Shown in pieces: positions 16,079 through 20,604 of a stretch of DNA of 20,604 bases; position 1 is the stretch's first letter, and the number at the start of each line of letters is the position of its first letter. The position numbers and the translations under genes are program-made. The DNA comes from Acidobacteriota bacterium (GTDB taxonomy: Bacteria; Acidobacteriota; UBA6911; JACQSX01). The notes beneath the pieces are model-generated. The model was given only the letters and a program-made list of their open reading frames with translations, made no database searches and was not told the origin of the DNA. The DNA lies in the NCBI GenBank assembly GCA_036507075.1, contig DASXQR010000190.1, positions 1 to 20,604 of the forward strand, written 5' to 3'.

Positions 16079-18257
16079 CCACGGTACCGGCCCTCGCCTG
16101 CCGCGGGTTGAAAAACGCTGACAACAGATAAAACAGCATCGCGATCAAGAGCAGATAGCGGAAGCCTGTCACCACTGAAAAATACTCGCACAATCCTCCG
16201 AGAATGGCTCCTGCGATATTGGCGCCAAAATCCCGATCCGGATGCAGGCTGTCGCGGAAGCGCAGCACGAAGATCACACCGGCGAAGAAGATGGGAACGA
16301 AAACCACCAGACAGGAGGCCACAATCTTGACCATACCGGGCAGCGATAGAAAGATCTCCATTGGAATCAGAGCGCCCGCCAGCAGGGAAACAAGCAGCAA
16401 GGCATAATAGGGCCCGGTGTTCCGGGGCCGCAGCGCGGCTACCGTGAGGTTTGCAAGCAGAATCATCACCAGGATCGCGAAGATCACAATGGAGTTGACC
16501 ATCCATGTCGCGCCGAAAAGCAGGGCCATATGGACAACACTTTTTGTTTCCAGCAAAAGGAATCCTGCTCCCAGGAAAAACATCTGGCCATTGAAGCTCA
16601 GGGTTCGATCCGGCGCGTAGAAAAACAACAGCAGTCCGGAAAGAACCGCAACCAGCAACATGCCACGGATGTTCAGGCCGGGGATAGCCCTGTCCTTCAG
16701 ATAGAGAAACGGCCAGTCGTCGCTTGGCATCAGACTAATCTCCTCGGTATGAACTGAGGAAGGTCCGATCTTTCTCCAGCGTGATGAGTCGCCGCCGCCG
16801 ATTGCCGGCGGGTCGGCGCCAAAAGCATTCACGCCAAGGTTGTTCTTTGGGATGTCGTGGATCCAGAAAAAACTCCGGGCTTTGAAGGCCGCGTCGATCG
16901 ATCGCACATTTCCCACAATGAGGAAGGTGATGTGGTCCTTCTGGCTGTCAGCGGGACGGATACTTTCCTGATAGGGCATGGACATCACGACCGGCTTGCC
17001 GCTGAATACTTCCTCTGACAGTTTTGCCAGTCTGGCAACCACCCAGCCCTGCCGGTAATAGTTATACATGGCAAATATGCCGCCGGGCTTGAGACGCTGG
17101 CGGACCTCCTCAAAAGCCTGCCGCGTAAACAAAAACGATTCCAGCCGCAGGCTCGAAAAGCCTGAGTGCAGTACCAGCGAATCCACCAATGCGTAGACAA
17201 TCAGGTCGTATTTTTGATTGGTCTTCCGCAAGAAACTGCGACCGTCGTCCACGTAAATGTGAACGCGCGGATCGGAATAGGGCCGGTTGGGGTGCGCGGC
17301 CGCGCCCAGCTTGTAAATCACCGGGTCGATCTCGACGGCGTCGACGCGCTGTGCTCCGCTGGCAAGCGCGCTCTGCACATCGTTGCCGGACCCGGCCCCG
17401 ATGATCAGGACATCGTGAAACGGAGAGTTTCCGGAATCGCGGTTCAGGAGATGCGGCAGTGCGTAGGCCGAGCCGGACTCACCGATTGCCAGCATCGTCT
17501 GATGCGCGATATTGTTGACATCGATATCCCCCGTTTCCGGCTGGTAAATGACCTTGTAATAGGGCGACCATCTGGTTTCGCCTCGCGTGCCGATCCCCCA
17601 ACCGGTCACTATTGCCAGTACCAGTACTCCGCCCGCGCACAGTATCTGGAACCATCGCTGTGACCCGGAGGCGCTGAAGAAAAGCATCAATACGACACTG
17701 ATTGAAAACCAGGTGAGCGGGGTCAGTTCCAGGAAGGCAATCAGGGCAAATGTCAGTATGCCGAGAAGGCTGCCGCCGATATTCAGAGAGTAAGCCTGCA
17801 GGCGACCGGGTGTCTGGCTGAAGGCGCGCCCCATGACCTGTCCCGGTCCTGTGAAAATCAGCGCAACAAAGACGAAGAATGCGGCACCGATTACCTCGAT
17901 GGGAATTACCACTTGCCAGGGATTGATGGCACGATATTCGGTTCCGAAGTAAATCTGCTGCGGCGCTGTCTGTCGCCCCACGTCCACGGTCACTTTGGTG
18001 GTGGCGTTGTAGGTGTAAAGAGCGGCGCAGGCCAGAAGCATCGACAAAAACAGCAAAGGGAGGGTCGTCTGAACCAGGTTTTGACGGCCAGATGCAGCCA
18101 GGCAACCGAGCGTCATCCCCAAAAAACATGCCATCAACACCAGGTTGGTAAAGAAGGTCAGAAAGATCACCGTGCTTCCAAACCAGCGGATACACGCCAA
18201 CTCCAGAAACAGAATGAGGAAGCTGGCCAGGAAAAGATGAAGCCGGGGACGGACCAT
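16053..18257 (-). CDS. Polytopic membrane protein with central spermidine-synthase-like / SAM-binding domain
   Basis: Many N- and C-terminal TM segments. WSPYYK, VLIIGAGSGND, AVEIDP, DDGRSFL, YDLIV, DDWPFLYL, FFLGAGFLLLE. Confidence 0.85.
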   Translation of the reverse strand: MVRPRLHLFLASFLILFLELACIRWFGSTVIFLTFFTNLVLMACFLGMTLGCLAASGRQNLVQTTLPLLFLSMLLACAALYTYNATTKVTVDVGRQTAPQQIYFGTEYRAINPWQVVIPIEVIGAAFFVFVALIFTGPGQVMGRAFSQTPGRLQAYSLNIGGSLLGILTFALIAFLELTPLTWFSISVVLMLFFSASGSQRWFQILCAGGVLVLAIVTGWGIGTRGETRWSPYYKVIYQPETGDIDVNNIAHQTMLAIGESGSAYALPHLLNRDSGNSPFHDVLIIGAGSGNDVQSALASGAQRVDAVEIDPVIYKLGAAAHPNRPYSDPRVHIYVDDGRSFLRKTNQKYDLIVYALVDSLVLHSGFSSLRLESFLFTRQAFEEVRQRLKPGGIFAMYNYYRQGWVVARLAKLSEEVFSGKPVVMSMPYQESIRPADSQKDHITFLIVGNVRSIDAAFKARSFFWIHDIPKNNLGVNAFGADPPAIGGGDSSRWRKIGPSSVHTEEISLMPSDDWPFLYLKDRAIPGLNIRGMLLVAVLSGLLLFFYAPDRTLSFNGQMFFLGAGFLLLETKSVVHMALLFGATWMVNSIVIFAILVMILLANLTVAALRPRNTGPYYALLLVSLLAGALIPMEIFLSLPGMVKIVASCLVVFVPIFFAGVIFVLRFRDSLHPDRDFGANIAGAILGGLCEYFSVVTGFRYLLLIAMLFYLLSAFFNPRQARAGTVARACVEGG

Positions 18258-18276
18258 CGTCTTGGTTATGGGTTAC

Positions 18277-18385
18277 GAGTCGCGGGTTCGCGAGTTGAAC
18301 TGGCTTGGTGCCTTGGTGGTAAAGAATTTATGAACCACCAAGGCACCAAGCCAGCTCGACTCAAGAACGCGGAACCCGCAGACTC
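18277..18385. repeat. About 110-nt intergenic hairpin with a perfect 21-bp octamer-periodic core
   Basis: CTGGCTTGGTGCCTTGGTGGT (18300-18320)/ACCACCAAGGCACCAAGCCAG (18334-18354) with a 13-nt AT-rich loop. Imperfect outer arms GAGTCGCGGGTTCGCG / CGCGGAACCCGCAGACTC. Confidence 0.8.
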
Positions 18386-18387
18386 CT

Positions 18388-18837
18388 CTAGGTTGGTTGA
18401 AGCTGAGACGTGCAGTTGGGGCAGCGGGTTGCCCGCAAGGGTATAGTCGAAAAGCAGTGCGGGCATTCCTTTGTGCTCGGAGCATCGGCTGTCCTGTTCC
18501 GGTTTCTGATCACGTTGATTTGGCGGACCAGCAGGAAAATGAAGAACGCTACGATGATGAATTCCAGAATGGTGTTTAAGAAAACCCCGTAATTGATCGT
18601 GGCTGCTCCCGCCTTTTTTGCATCCGCCAGCGTTGCATAATGCTCCGGCCCCAGCGTAATGAAAAGGTTGACGAAATCTACGCCTCCGATAGCCTTGCCT
18701 ATAGGAGGCATTATGATGTCGCTGACCAGCGAAGCTACAATTTTTCCAAAAGCGACGCCGAGAATCAGGCCCACCGCCAGATCGACAACGTTGCCCCGGA
18801 TCACAAACTCTTGGAACTCTTTCAGGATTTTTCTCAT
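18388..18837 (-). CDS. mscL: Large-conductance mechanosensitive channel with C-terminal zinc ribbon
   Basis: LKEFQEFVIRGNVVDLAVG, SLVSDIIMPPIG, INYGVFLNTILEFII, and tail CPHC..CPNC. ATG 18837 with GAGGGGG SD. Confidence 0.95.
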   Translation of the reverse strand: MRKILKEFQEFVIRGNVVDLAVGLILGVAFGKIVASLVSDIIMPPIGKAIGGVDFVNLFITLGPEHYATLADAKKAGAATINYGVFLNTILEFIIVAFFIFLLVRQINVIRNRNRTADAPSTKECPHCFSTIPLRATRCPNCTSQLQPT

Positions 18838-18914
18838 TAGTGCCCCCTCGCAGAGCAATGCTCCGATATTATTCTAACCAGCTTTGCCAAGAGGTCGACA
18901 CAAGGAGGAAGAGA

Positions 18915-19175
18915 ATGCAGGTTATTGCAAACCAGAATGTCACCGGCAGTGTGGTTCAGATGGATGGAAACCATTTTGAAAACTGCACCATAAGCAACTC
19001 GGTCCTCGTTTACAGTGGAGGTGATTTCAGTTGGACGAACTGCCAGTTTGCCAACTGCCAGATTCGTTTAATAGGCCCGGCTCAACGGGCCATTCAGTTC
19101 CTGCAGTTCTTCGGCATGGTGCCTCAGCAGGTCCCGCCCACGGCGGAAGCTGCCGGGTCATCACAATTGCAGTAG
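18915..19175 (+). CDS. Small hypothetical protein (86 aa) with pentapeptide-like F-x-N-C-x repeats
   Basis: Strong AAGGAGG SD before ATG 18915. Sequence DGNHFENCTISNSVLVYSGG...WTNCQFANCQI followed by an amphipathic helix. Confidence 0.75.
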   Translation: MQVIANQNVTGSVVQMDGNHFENCTISNSVLVYSGGDFSWTNCQFANCQIRLIGPAQRAIQFLQFFGMVPQQVPPTAEAAGSSQLQ

Positions 19176-19250
19176 CAGGGGAGATTCCCGATGCCGGTCA
19201 TGCAAAAGGTCGCGCGACTAATCGTAAAGCACTTTCCAAAGCTTGCAAGT

Positions 19251-20258
19251 ATGACGCAACCGTTGCCCGACAAGATCCTGCAGCTCGGACTCTCATTCTG
19301 GAGTTCCAAAACATTCCTCAGTGCCATTGAGCTCGGTCTGTTTACCGAGCTGGCCGCAGGGGGGAAAGATGCCCTGCACCTGCAGCAGAAGCTGGGTCTT
19401 CATCCTCGCAGCGCCCGGGATTTCCTGGACGCACTGGTTGCGCTGGGGATGCTCAACCGCCGCGATGGCATTTATTCAAACACCGCAGAGGCTGACTTGT
19501 ACCTGGACCGATCAAAGCCAACCTATATCGGCGGAGTGCTGGAAATGGCCAACAGCCGGCTCTACCCCTGCTGGGGCAAACTTACGGAGGCTTTGCGCAC
19601 GGGCGAGCCCCAGAATGAAGTTAAGAAGGACGGAAGCACATTCGAGGCTCTGTACAGCGATCCGGCACGCCTGCGCCAGTTTCTTTCGGCCATGACCGGC
19701 CTCAGTCTTGGCATTGGAAAGATGCTTGCGCTCAAGTTCTCATGGGAGGATTACCGGACTTTTGTTGACGTGGGTGCAGCGCAGGGGGCGGTCGCAGTCC
19801 AGATCGCAATGCAGCATCCTCACTTGACGGGAGGAGGGTTCGATTTGCCACCGGTGGGCCCGATTTTTGAGCAGTACGTTGAGTCATTCGGCCTCGCTGA
19901 ACGGCTCAGTTTCTACCCGGGGAACTTTTTCAGCGACCCCCTGCCGCAGGCAGACGTGCTGATCATGGGACATATCCTGCATGACTGGAACCTGGACGAG
20001 AAGCGCTGCATTATCAGCAATGCATACCAGGCACTGCCGGCCGGAGGAGCTTTGCTTGTGTTTGACACGATCATCGATGACGAACGCAGGCGAAACGTCT
20101 TCGGTCTTCTGATGAGTCTGAACATGCTGATCGAGACACAGGGTGGTTTTGACTACACGGGAAGGGAGTGCATATCCTGGCTTCGGGAAGCGGGCTTTTC
20201 TGAGACAAAAATAGAACCGCTGGCCGGCCCGGACTCTGTAGCGATTGGAATCAAGTAA
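19251..20258 (+). CDS. O-methyltransferase (Methyltransf_2 / ASMT-like, with N-terminal dimerisation domain)
   Basis: [56 protein letters not shown] 19251 is preferred; 19191 and 19200 are possible. Confidence 0.9.
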   Translation: MTQPLPDKILQLGLSFWSSKTFLSAIELGLFTELAAGGKDALHLQQKLGLHPRSARDFLDALVALGMLNRRDGIYSNTAEADLYLDRSKPTYIGGVLEMANSRLYPCWGKLTEALRTGEPQNEVKKDGSTFEALYSDPARLRQFLSAMTGLSLGIGKMLALKFSWEDYRTFVDVGAAQGAVAVQIAMQHPHLTGGGFDLPPVGPIFEQYVESFGLAERLSFYPGNFFSDPLPQADVLIMGHILHDWNLDEKRCIISNAYQALPAGGALLVFDTIIDDERRRNVFGLLMSLNMLIETQGGFDYTGRECISWLREAGFSETKIEPLAGPDSVAIGIK

Positions 20259-20261
20259 TTT

Positions 20262-20603
<342 letters not shown>

Positions 20604-20604
20604 G

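Noticed and set aside
17479..18446. 238-aa minus and 177-aa plus ORFs
   Set aside because: Alternate-frame or antisense overlaps of the 734-aa membrane protein, without motifs.

Overview
Bacterial genomic window of moderately high GC. The gene set (PSD1/planctomycete cytochrome c plus DUF1501 pair, class D-like sortase with one LPxTA substrate, DcaP-like porin, SBBP propeller) suggests a diderm such as an Acidobacteriota member; that assignment is inference. Left to right: a minus-strand cluster (cysteine dioxygenase, Tat-exported DUF1501, DUF1549/DUF1553 di-CxxCH protein, uncharacterised secreted protein); a sortase/LPQTA-substrate pair; a porin converging on a LysR-transglutaminase pair; a SAM methyltransferase; an SBBP/PKD protein; a membrane spermidine-synthase-like protein; mscL; a small repeat protein; an O-methyltransferase; and the 3' end of serS. 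The most striking non-coding signals are (i) a 17-bp, pseudo-palindromic near-identical repeat bracketing the sortase cassette (7148-7164 and 8992-9008), (ii) a 133-bp element with perfect 15-bp terminal inverted repeats enclosing two REP-like hairpins, (iii) three variants of an octamer-periodic repeat and (iv) a nested, mirror-symmetric heptamer array after serS. No rRNA, tRNA, CRISPR array, transposase or integrase was recognised.
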